NCBI GenBank assembly: GCA_026991575.1
Contig: JALXBF010000131.1
Coordinates: 1 to 47,465, forward strand
DNA: 47,465 bases
Source of the DNA: Planctomycetota bacterium
GTDB taxonomy: Bacteria > Planctomycetota > Planctomycetia > JALXBF01
Direction: 5' to 3'
This document shows positions 17,677-26,090 of the stretch, one piece after another. The position numbers were made by a program, and so were the translations under genes. Each line of letters starts with the position of its first letter. The first letter of the stretch is position 1. Under the pieces are notes generated by a model. The model saw nothing but the letters and a program-made list of their open reading frames with translations, was not told the DNA's origin and made no database searches.

Positions 17677-18941
17677 ACTGTTGGTTCCCAGCCCGGTTCG
17701 TATTCGCGGTCCCAGAGCGACGCAGCTTCCTTGTCCCCTTGGATATGTCCTGACTGGGGACAGCATCTCAGGTCGCGACCTACCCGGTAGGCGATGTTGC
17801 CCAGGTGGCAGAGCAACGTGCTCTTGTGCCCTTCTTCGATGTCGGAATTCAGCGGTTCGTTCTCGCGTATGGCGTTCAGGAAATTTGCAATGTGCGTTGC
17901 GTCGCCGCCCGGGCCCTTTTCCTGCTTGATCAGCTTGTTGCGGATGTCGTACACCTTGTAGCCCGTGCCGCTGATCACCAGCGTGCCTTCCTCACCGTGG
18001 AAGCTGGCGCCGAACATCGAGCCATCGGGGCCGTACGGATTGCAGCTCAGGCCTTCCCACGAGATGCTGATCTTTCCTGGGAAGTCATACCCGACGACGT
18101 GTGTGTCGGGTGTTTCCTGGTCGTCGTCGAAACGGTACCGACCGCCGCACGACGTCACATGCGTCGGGTAGTCGACGCCAAGGCCCCAGCGCGACAGGTC
18201 TACAGCGTGCACGCCGTTGTTGCCCAATTCACCGGTACCCCAGTGCCAGAACCAATGCCAGTTGTAGTGGATGACGTTCGTGCGGTAAGGACGCCGCGGG
18301 GCCGGTCCCTGCCAGAGTTCATAGTCCAGGTAGTCGGGTGGATCGGCCAGTTTGCCCCGGCCAATGGAGCCGCGGCGATTGGCATACCAGGCGCGCGAGT
18401 AGTACACCCGACCGATGATACCTTCGTGCAGGGCCTGCATCGCCTCGCGAATCTTGGGCCAACTCCGGCGCTGGTTGCCCATCTGCACCTTGCGGTTGTA
18501 CTTGCGGGCCGCCAACACCATCAGCTCCCCTTCCCGCGGATTGTGGCTGCATGGTTTCTCCACATAGACATGCTTGCCAGCCTTACACGCCAGGATCGTG
18601 GCGGGCGCGTGCCAGTGGTCCGGCGCGGCGATGACTAGCGCGTCAACGCCCTTGTCGTCCAGGATGCGGCGAAAGTCGGTGACTGTCTTGGGACGGTACG
18701 TCCCCTGGTCGATTCGCTCCACCGCGCTGGCGGCAGCTTCCATGCGGGAGCGATCTGGATCGCAGACGTAGGCGACCGTGCAGCCCGGTTGACCATGGAA
18801 TGCTCGGGCCAGCTGTGTGCCCCGGCCGCCGGTGCCCATGATGCCAACGACGATCGTTTCGTTAGCTGCCACCGCCGTACGTGCTGCTCCGGCGGCAACC
18901 ATGCCACCGCTCAAAAACAGGAAGGTCCGACGGTTCATCAT
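17673..18941 (-). CDS. Gfo/Idh/MocA family oxidoreductase with Tat signal
   Basis: MMNRRTFLFL twin-arginine signal; GIMGTGGRG, PDHWHA, HVYVEKPCS, QMGNQRRS, GELGNNGVH. Confidence 0.92.
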   Translation of the reverse strand: MMNRRTFLFLSGGMVAAGAARTAVAANETIVVGIMGTGGRGTQLARAFHGQPGCTVAYVCDPDRSRMEAAASAVERIDQGTYRPKTVTDFRRILDDKGVDALVIAAPDHWHAPATILACKAGKHVYVEKPCSHNPREGELMVLAARKYNRKVQMGNQRRSWPKIREAMQALHEGIIGRVYYSRAWYANRRGSIGRGKLADPPDYLDYELWQGPAPRRPYRTNVIHYNWHWFWHWGTGELGNNGVHAVDLSRWGLGVDYPTHVTSCGGRYRFDDDQETPDTHVVGYDFPGKISISWEGLSCNPYGPDGSMFGASFHGEEGTLVISGTGYKVYDIRNKLIKQEKGPGGDATHIANFLNAIRENEPLNSDIEEGHKSTLLCHLGNIAYRVGRDLRCCPQSGHIQGDKEAASLWDREYEPGWEPTV

Positions 18942-19046
18942 GCGATGTCTCCTCTCAGCTCCAACGGTGCTCGTCGCCAGACTGGCTCGACCAATGGCCC
19001 CCATCATAGCGGACACCGTCCGGTGCGCAAACCCGACCAGTCTCAA

Positions 19047-19241
19047 CCGGCCAAACCCGCAAGATCGACCCCACCGGTGGGCTACAGGCTCGGCGGGCCC
19101 GGTCGCTTCGAGCGATCGGAAACCCAGCGCGGCCGGTCGTCCCGATCGGCCGCTACGCGTGATCGGGGACGAGGACGATCACGCGGAGCGAGCCGAGCGC
19201 GATCCGGGTGACGGGGTTGTCCAAGGCGATCTTGAAGCCGG
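19047..19241 (+). ncRNA. Candidate structured RNA/element (long stem ending in a four-way junction)
   Basis: Nested complementary segments found by eye (details in findings). G-U wobbles favour the + strand. No family recognised. Confidence 0.35.
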
Positions 19242-19415
19242 CTACCGCCGGAGGACACGCCGCAGGCGGCGTTCCCCTTGAGGCGCTCGGAACACGGCGA
19301 AGCGGTGGCATGGTCCGAGGAGACTGACCCGGGCCGGCCGGGGCACTCGACGGGCAGGCTGGTCCGGCATAAGATTGGTAGCGCTCAGCAGCATCCACTC
19401 CGACGGAGGAAATCG

Positions 19416-19610
19416 ATGGGTAAGGGTACGCGACAAAAGGAGCTGCGCGCCCGACGCCACCGCCGTCAGAAGCTGCGCAAGCTCCGGGCACGCATCCTGG
19501 CCGCAACCGACCCAGAGGAACGCGAGCGGCTGATCCAGAAGTACCGTAGAATCAGCCCGTTTGCGCCGTTGCCGGAGCTGCCCGAACAGTCCCAGCCGTC
19601 GGCCGGCTAG
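19416..19610 (+). CDS. Small basic protein, DUF6800-like
   Basis: RBS GGAGG; MGKGTRQKELRARRHRRQKLRKLRARILAATDPEERERLIQKYRRISP. Confidence 0.75.
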   Translation: MGKGTRQKELRARRHRRQKLRKLRARILAATDPEERERLIQKYRRISPFAPLPELPEQSQPSAG

Positions 19611-19645
19611 CGGCCTGCCGCTGATCGTAGCAATCGAACTCGAGC

Positions 19646-19719
19646 GCGCCCGTAGCTCAATTGGATAGAGCATCGGACTTCGGATCCGAGGGTTGGGGGT
19701 TCGAGTCCCTCCGGGCGTG
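19646..19719 (+). tRNA. tRNA-Arg (anticodon UCG), CCA not encoded
   Basis: Acceptor GCGCCCG/CGGGCGT, D arm TAGCTCAATTGGATAGAGC, anticodon arm TCGGA-CTTCGGA-TCCGA, T loop TTCGAGT. Confidence 0.95.
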
Positions 19720-19789
19720 CTCGCTTTTTTTGTCTCCGGCGGCAAGTAGCGTCTGGCAGATTGTCGCCCTGGGATGGCCGGGGAAAGCC

Positions 19790-20584
19790 ATGACCGCACG
19801 ACCGCTCTTTCAGACGGCCGCGCAGCTGCGCGAGGCGTGTCGGACCGGCCGCTGGCACCAGCCGACGGCAGGTCAGGCACCCGGTTTTGTGCAGACAAAT
19901 CTGGTGGTCGTTCCGCGAGATGTGGCGTTCGAGTTCCTCTTGTTCTGCCAGCGGAATCCCAAACCTTGTCCGCTGATTGAGGTCTGCGAGCCGGGCGACC
20001 CGGTGCCACGACGCACCGCTCCCGGGGCGGACCTGCGTACCGACCTGCCGCGCTACCGCATCTACCGGTGTGGCGAGCTGGAGCGAGAGGTCACCGAGAT
20101 TACCGAGTACTGGACGGACGACCTGGTCGCATTCCTCATTGGCTGTTCATTCACATTCGATCACTTGCTGGCTGCGCGCGGTATCGCTGTGCGGCACCTG
20201 GAGTGTGGCTGCAACGTGCCGATGTTTCGGACATCGGTACCGTGTGAGCCGGCTGGCCGTTTCAGCGGGCCGTTGGTGGTGTCGATGCGGCCACTGAGTC
20301 CTGGCGATCTGATCCGCGCCGTCCAGGTTACGGCAGCATACCCGCAGCTGCATGGGGCTCCGGTTCATGTCGGTGATCCGACTGCAATTGGGATCACCGA
20401 TCTGAGCCGGCCAGATTGGGGGGATCCAGTACCGGTGCGGACCGGTGAAATCCCGGTCTTCTGGGCCTGCGGCGTGACGCCTCAGGCCGTGGCATTGGCG
20501 TCGAAACTGCCCCTCATGATCACGCACGCGCCGGGGCACATGTTCGTTACCGACCTGCGTGAAGCAGAGCTACTGGCCGGCTAG
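19790..20584 (+). CDS. DUF1445 putative hydro-lyase (D-glutamate cyclase-related)
   Basis: TAGQAPGFVQTNL, FCQRNPKPCPL, DLRTDLPRY, IGCSFTF, VFWACGVTPQ, ITHAPGHMFVTD. Confidence 0.9.
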   Translation: MTARPLFQTAAQLREACRTGRWHQPTAGQAPGFVQTNLVVVPRDVAFEFLLFCQRNPKPCPLIEVCEPGDPVPRRTAPGADLRTDLPRYRIYRCGELEREVTEITEYWTDDLVAFLIGCSFTFDHLLAARGIAVRHLECGCNVPMFRTSVPCEPAGRFSGPLVVSMRPLSPGDLIRAVQVTAAYPQLHGAPVHVGDPTAIGITDLSRPDWGDPVPVRTGEIPVFWACGVTPQAVALASKLPLMITHAPGHMFVTDLREAELLAG

Positions 20585-22092
20585 CGGCCCGTGAGGCCGA
20601 GAAGCGGAAGCCAGTAGGTCGCAAACAACGTCAGCGTGGCGATGGCCACCAGATTCATCAACAAGCCGGTGCGTGCCATGCGCTGGATCGTGATGCGGCC
20701 TGTGCCGAAAACGATTGCGTTCGGTGGCGTGCCAGCCGGCAGCATGAATGCATAGCTTGCCGCCATGGTGGCCGGCACCAGCAGCACCATGGGCGGTATG
20801 CCCATTCCTTTGGCAGCAGCGGCCAGGATCGGCAGAAACGCGCTGGCCGTGGCCGTGTTGCTGGCCAGTTCCGTCGCGAAGATCACCACTGCGGTGATCG
20901 CGGCTGCCAGTGCCCAACCGGGCAGATGACCCCAGCCGGCAACCTGGCCGGCAATCCACCGGTCCAGCCCGGAGCTGGCCACGGCGCGGGCCAGGCTGAG
21001 GCCACCGCCAAAGATCAGCAGCACGCCCCAGGGCAGTCGGACGGCTGTTTCCCAGTCCAGTGCGAACTCGTTTGTCTCGAAGTCCACAGGGATCACAAAC
21101 AAGGCGACTGCCGCCAGGATCGCAATCATCTCATCGCTAAGCCGAGGCAACCAGGGGATGAAACGCACAAGGGGCGCGATCCTCTCCAGCCAGTCATGGC
21201 TGAGCCACGCCGCAACCGTCACGGCAAACACCGCCAGCACGATCCGTTCGGCCCGAGTGGGGGGGCCCAGTGCCGCCAGTTCCCGTTGCACAAGGAGCCC
21301 GGTGTGCTCCGCCAACCGGTTCACGCCACGCGGCATGCCCGCGGCCATGTAGCCAAAAAGCACCGCCAACAGCACGACACCAATCGGCGCCGCCAGCACC
21401 ATCCACTGCCCGAAGGGCACTGCGACGTTGAGTTCGTCTCGAGCAAAAGCTGCAAGCAGGACGTTTGGCGGTGTGCCGACCAGGGTAATCGAGCCCCCGA
21501 TGCTTGCAGCGTAGGCGACACCCAGGAGCAACGAGCTTCCGAAACGGTCCGCTTCCTCACGGCCCAGCTTTTCCTCCGCCCAGGAGACCACGCTGAGCAC
21601 GATGGGCACCATCATGACCGTGGTGGCCGTGTTGCTGATCCACATGCTCAAGAAGGCGGAAGCTAGCATGAAACCGGCAAGCAAACCGAGCGCGGACCGG
21701 CCCGCGTAGCGCACGATGTGCAGCGCGATGCGTCGATGGAGCCCCCATCGTTCCATGGCAATGGCAAGCATGAAACCACCCATGAACAGGAAGATCGGGG
21801 GTGACGCGTACGGCGCGGCCGCGTCACGCAGCGGCAAGACACCAAGCAGGGGAAAAAGCACCATCGGCAGCAGAGCGGTTACGGGCAGGGGCATTGCTTC
21901 CGTGAGCCACAGGCCTGCGATGAGTGTGCCGATGGCTGCCGTGACGCACGCTTCTCGGCTGAGCTGTTGCTCGGGCCAGTGCGCACGCAGGCCCAGGTAG
22001 ACGAGCACCGCTAGCGTCGGGCTAACTACGCGACCAAGCCAGATCCAGCGGCGTCGAATGCGCCGTTGAGCAATCAGTTCCTCCTCAGCCAT
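20581..22092 (-). CDS. DASS/SLC13 family sodium:dicarboxylate/anion symporter
   Basis: FLSMWISNTATT, GTPPN twice, TELASNTAT, AFMLPAGTPPNAIVF; RBS GAGGAG before ATG 22092. Confidence 0.92.
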   Translation of the reverse strand: MAEEELIAQRRIRRRWIWLGRVVSPTLAVLVYLGLRAHWPEQQLSREACVTAAIGTLIAGLWLTEAMPLPVTALLPMVLFPLLGVLPLRDAAAPYASPPIFLFMGGFMLAIAMERWGLHRRIALHIVRYAGRSALGLLAGFMLASAFLSMWISNTATTVMMVPIVLSVVSWAEEKLGREEADRFGSSLLLGVAYAASIGGSITLVGTPPNVLLAAFARDELNVAVPFGQWMVLAAPIGVVLLAVLFGYMAAGMPRGVNRLAEHTGLLVQRELAALGPPTRAERIVLAVFAVTVAAWLSHDWLERIAPLVRFIPWLPRLSDEMIAILAAVALFVIPVDFETNEFALDWETAVRLPWGVLLIFGGGLSLARAVASSGLDRWIAGQVAGWGHLPGWALAAAITAVVIFATELASNTATASAFLPILAAAAKGMGIPPMVLLVPATMAASYAFMLPAGTPPNAIVFGTGRITIQRMARTGLLMNLVAIATLTLFATYWLPLLGLTGR

Positions 22093-22598
22093 GAGTGCAC
22101 TCCTCAGTCGAACGGTACCGACGGCGTGGCAGCACCAGGTGCGGCTCGATTTTATGGGCAAAGACCATGCACCGCGTGCGATGACCGACCCCGCCAGTAG
22201 TGGCAATGGTGACAGGTCCGCAAACGCCTAAAACGGGCGCCTGGCCGGCCCAGCACTCGCTCCGGGTAGCCACCTCGGCATCCGTCGACGGACGATGGCC
22301 GAAGGGGGGCGTGACCAGCGCCAGGCTAGCGGCTCCTTGCCCCCACGGCAATGCCGGTCGCAAGGATCGAGCAGTTCCGGGCAGTGCGTTAGACCGGCCA
22401 ACAATGGGGCCGCCGATCTACGACCTTTGCGACGTGAGGATCGCTGCTACCCCCCCCTGTGGCACCCGCCGGCCGGCTCTGCGCTTGCGTCGGGCCGCCT
22501 GTAAGCTAGAGTAAACTGGGGACGGACCAACCGCAGTGCGGTTACTTGCCGGTGGGACGAGTCCTGCATCAAGCGTTCACAGCAACCGGGGGGACATC

Positions 22599-23237
22599 AT
22601 GTCGATGCCACTGTCTGCACGTCTGCGCCGGATCGGTTCGATGATCAGACGTTTGCGTGCGAGGGCCCGTAGCGCGCGCAGCCGCTCACGTCGCAGGCAC
22701 CTTCGCCGCCGGATCCGCCGGCTGGCTCGCCGTCGCAGTGCGCTACGTGCACGTCTGGCTCGCCTGGGAGGGCTGGCTGCCGTCGGGGCGGGCGCCGCGT
22801 TGATGGCTATTCCTTCCGACGGTCCCGCGACTCAAGCCGACACGACCGGAATTGCGGTCGAGGGCTCGGCCGTTTCCGAGCCTAGCTCGCCGTCGCCGAC
22901 TGCAGAGCCCGGAGCCGGTGCGGCCCTTCCAGACACGCCGTCGCCCGAATCAGTGGCAACGGACAGTGCCGCTGGCACCAGCTCTCCGGGCACGTCTGAC
23001 CCGCCTCCTGATCAGACGACGCCATCATCCGCCAATAGCGGTGCGGCAGCCGGAAGCGACACGAGCAACCCATCGGCAACCAGCGCCAGCAGTAGTGATA
23101 GCAGTTCGTGGCAGCTCGTTACCGACCAAGGCGGCAGTGGCGGATCAAACGGCGGTGGCGAGGCCGATGTCGGGGGCAGCAGTGGCGCATCAGCCCTGTC
23201 TGATTCCGGCACCTACTACCAGGCCCCCTACGATTGA
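22599..23237 (+). CDS. Hypothetical protein: Arg-rich N-terminus, hydrophobic segment, acidic Ser/Pro/Gly-rich tail
   Basis: ATG 22599 after GGGGGA; strongly non-random compositional blocks. Confidence 0.6.
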   Translation: MSMPLSARLRRIGSMIRRLRARARSARSRSRRRHLRRRIRRLARRRSALRARLARLGGLAAVGAGAALMAIPSDGPATQADTTGIAVEGSAVSEPSSPSPTAEPGAGAALPDTPSPESVATDSAAGTSSPGTSDPPPDQTTPSSANSGAAAGSDTSNPSATSASSSDSSSWQLVTDQGGSGGSNGGGEADVGGSSGASALSDSGTYYQAPYD

Positions 23238-23811
23238 GCTTAGCGCAAATGGCCGGCAGCAGTGCGTCGATGGCATCCAGTTCTCGGCCGACCGTCATTG
23301 GTCCGTTGCAATCAGGCACCGCCGGCCACGACACAGAAGGTGTGCGGGCCCACGGGCAGCCGTTGGCACAGGAGCCGGCAGCATCGTTCTCTGAGCGTGC
23401 TCCTCTGGTTCCCTCCACAACCTAGCCCGCCTGGGTTGTGGGACGTGGCTTGACGGCCCGAGCGCCGCGCCACGCGAGACCGGCAGGACAGGCCGCTGTA
23501 CGTTCTGAAGGTGGTGCCGCATTCGGCGCGTGCCACGCACACCCACGGGGCGGAAATCCACGGGGTGAGCCTTCTCCCGCCATGGACAGGCGGGCGCAGT
23601 CTGCCTGCGCGGCCTGGCTGAGCCGGCGGTCGGCATGCGTGAAGTCCGCGTGCCCGCTTATGCCAGCAATCCATTGCGCGAACCAATACTCCACTTCCCT
23701 AGAGGCTCGGGCGTGGGAGCCAGCGTTTCCCCAGGACTCCGGCACATCTTCTCAGGGCTGCCGGCCCTTCGGCCACTGCATGAGCTGAGTTGGCTTCGAC
23801 GGGCTGGCTGC

Positions 23812-23840
23812 TTGACCGGGTTCAACGGTGCCGATACCTT
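23812..23840 (+). promoter_or_regulatory. Sigma70-type promoter of tRNA-Val
   Basis: TTGACC, 17 bp, TACCTT, about 60 bp upstream of the tRNA. Confidence 0.55.
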
Positions 23841-23900
23841 TAAGTGGTCGATGTGCCGTCGTTGTTGTGGCGGTGATGTCGCGCCGCAAGGAATTCGCTC

Positions 23901-23974
23901 GGGCGGCTAGCTCAGTTGGTTAGAGCGCCACACTCACATTGTGGAGGTCCGGGGTTCGAATCCCTGGCCGCCCA
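23901..23974 (+). tRNA. tRNA-Val (anticodon CAC), CCA not encoded
   Basis: Acceptor GGGCGGC/GCCGCCC-A, anticodon arm CCACA-CTCACAT-TGTGG, T loop TTCGAAT. Confidence 0.95.
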
Positions 23975-23977
23975 CTC

Positions 23978-24007
23978 TGGCCGGTCCAGCGCGGACCGGC
24001 CATTTTT
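23978..24007 (+). terminator. Intrinsic terminator after tRNA-Val
   Basis: TGGCCGGTCC-AGCGC-GGACCGGCCA followed by TTTTT. Confidence 0.85.
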
Positions 24008-24239
24008 CGTCGTGAGCACTGGACCCCAGGCTCTGGCAGCGATTCCCAGTCTCTGTGTACCGTCAACTGCGCGAGCGGCAACATCGTGCCGTACTGGTGA
24101 CAGGTGCTGCACGGAAGCCGAGAACCAAGGTCGCGTTCTGCCTGTCGAACGCCGACGCAGCGCGGGGAGCTCGTGCAACGTCGCGAACCTGCCCTGGTTC
24201 GGCAACCTCTCGTTTCTCAGACCGTGCGGTGCCCGGTTA

Positions 24240-24620
24240 TGTTGATTCGCTCCTCGGCGCGCGTGGCCGGGCGATTGGGCCTGTGGCTGTACGGTTCTGA
24301 ATGCGTCACTGAACTGACCATTTGCTACCTGCCCGATGGTCACCCGTTGCGCGGGCCGACCTGGTCGTGAGAGCGAAGCGGCGAGCGATGGTCGCCGATC
24401 AGTTCCGCATGGCTGAATCGGGTGGAGTCCTTGCAGGACGGTGGCCTGCATGCCGGCAATGTGCTGGCGGTGCGCGGCCTACTGGAGGCGATCGAGGACG
24501 ATCGCTTACGGGGCTAGCGTTCGGGAAAGCTGGTTGAACGGGGAAAATGACTCCATTTGTTGGGGTCCGTGAGCTGGGGCGCTTCGTAGGATTTGCAGTC
24601 GTGCCCGCGCAGGATGTGCC
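24240..24620 (+). pseudogene. Probable degraded remnant of a Gfo/Idh/MocA oxidoreductase C-terminus
   Basis: One frame reads RLGLWLYGSECVTELTICYLPDGHPLRGPTWS*ERSGERWSPISSAWLNRVESLQDGGLHAGNVLAVRGLLEAIEDDR, with stops at 24368 and 24515. Family resemblance is from memory only. Confidence 0.4.
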
Positions 24621-24740
24621 GCCACGGGAGTGGGACGCCGATTGAGCGCGGCCGCAGGTTGGATGGGCCAAAGGGAAACCACACCTCGGTTCGCCGCGAA
24701 CAATCTCTCGGTGGACCGTCCCAGGAGACGCCCGCGAGAC

Positions 24741-26090
24741 ATGTCGATGGTCACTGACGGTGATGGCACACAAGCTGCGGAGGCCGCTACCAGTCGGGCC
24801 TCGTCGCATCGAGCCTGGGTCGTGCTTGCACTGGTCGTGCTGGCAGTTGCGCTCCGGGTTGTTGCGGCGTGGATGTTGCCGCGGATACACCCTCCCCTGT
24901 ATGCAGGAGCGTTCTACTTCCCGGACAGCGAGATCTACTGGAAGCTCGGCCTGCAGCTGTATCATGGCCGCGCGTACACGGACGGTGCTAGAGCCGTTGT
25001 GCGTACGCCGGGCTATCCTGCGTTCTTAGCCGTGGCCATGAGGCTAGTCGGGCCCGAGCCGGCGCGGGTGCGCGTCGTGCAGGCGGTGCTGGCCGGGGGC
25101 GGCTGCTGTTTGCTGTTGTATTTGCTCTGGCGCCGGCTGTTGGACGAAAGGCTAGCTCGCGTGGGCTTGGCGCTGATCGCTGTCTATCCGCCGGCCGTTC
25201 TTTTATCGGTGTTGATGCTTTCCGAAGCGCTCTTCACACTGTGGCTGGCTGCTCAGCTGTGGGCGCTGGTCGAGTTGTGGAAGGGCATTCGTGAGGACGG
25301 TTGGGATCGGCCTGACAGCGGGCGGCGTGCTCAGGTGATCGGGGCGGCGTTTGCGGCAGGGCTGGCCGGTGGGTTGGCAGCGCTTACCAGACCGGTCTGG
25401 CTGCCGGTGGTACCGGTGGCCGGGGCGTTGCTTCTCTGGGCGCTGGTGCGGGCCAGACGCCGGGCACAGGCGCGAGTGCGGCTGTCGGACGCTGCCGCTG
25501 TGGCCATCATGCTTTGCGCATTGGTGCTTATTTGTTTCCCGTGGTGGGCCCGGAACCGTCTGGTCACAGGGCATTGGGTGCTGGGCAGCCTGTGGGCAGG
25601 GGCCAGCCTGTACGACGGGCTAAACCCGCGCGCGACGGGCGCCAGCGACATGCGGTTCTTCGAACAGCCGGAAGCGTACGGGCTCGATCCGCAGCTGGCT
25701 GTGATGGCCGAGTATGAGCAGGACTTGTACCTGAGGCGGAAAGCGTTCGAGTTTCTCCGCCAGCAGCCGCGGCGTGCGGTCTGGCTAGCGTGGCGCAAGC
25801 AGCTACGGTTTTGGAGCATCGTACCCCATGCTGCCGGTTGGTCTGCCCCCCCGTTGCGGTATGCAGCTGCCGTCGGATGGTCGTTGCTCTACGTTGCCAT
25901 CCTGGTCGGTGCTTGGCGCTGTCGACCCGTGGGACGCTGGTTCCTGGTGCTGGCCGGTCCGCTGCTGTACACGGCGCTTGTGCATCTGTTGTTTGTGGGT
26001 TCGATCCGCTATCGTGAGCCGGTTCTGCTACCCGTGTTGGTTCTGGCGGCCGCTGCGGTGATCGGGCGCCCCAGCGAGCGGCAGCCGTAA
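24741..26090 (+). CDS. GT-C fold membrane glycosyltransferase (ArnT/PMT-like, family 39/83)
   Basis: PDSEIY loop, RTPGYPAFLA, LSEALF, ALTRP, PWWARN, GSIRYREP; many TM segments. Start uncertain. Confidence 0.8.
   Translation: MSMVTDGDGTQAAEAATSRASSHRAWVVLALVVLAVALRVVAAWMLPRIHPPLYAGAFYFPDSEIYWKLGLQLYHGRAYTDGARAVVRTPGYPAFLAVAMRLVGPEPARVRVVQAVLAGGGCCLLLYLLWRRLLDERLARVGLALIAVYPPAVLLSVLMLSEALFTLWLAAQLWALVELWKGIREDGWDRPDSGRRAQVIGAAFAAGLAGGLAALTRPVWLPVVPVAGALLLWALVRARRRAQARVRLSDAAAVAIMLCALVLICFPWWARNRLVTGHWVLGSLWAGASLYDGLNPRATGASDMRFFEQPEAYGLDPQLAVMAEYEQDLYLRRKAFEFLRQQPRRAVWLAWRKQLRFWSIVPHAAGWSAPPLRYAAAVGWSLLYVAILVGAWRCRPVGRWFLVLAGPLLYTALVHLLFVGSIRYREPVLLPVLVLAAAAVIGRPSERQP

Noticed and set aside
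19153..19312. Short minus-strand ORF ending AGFKIALDNPVTRIALGSLRVIVLVPDHA
   Set aside because: No convincing RBS or family motif; the region is better explained by the nested RNA-like structure.
19646..24007. Integrative element at or between the two tRNAs
   Set aside because: No integrase, no duplicated tRNA 3' end (att site) and no obvious compositional shift.
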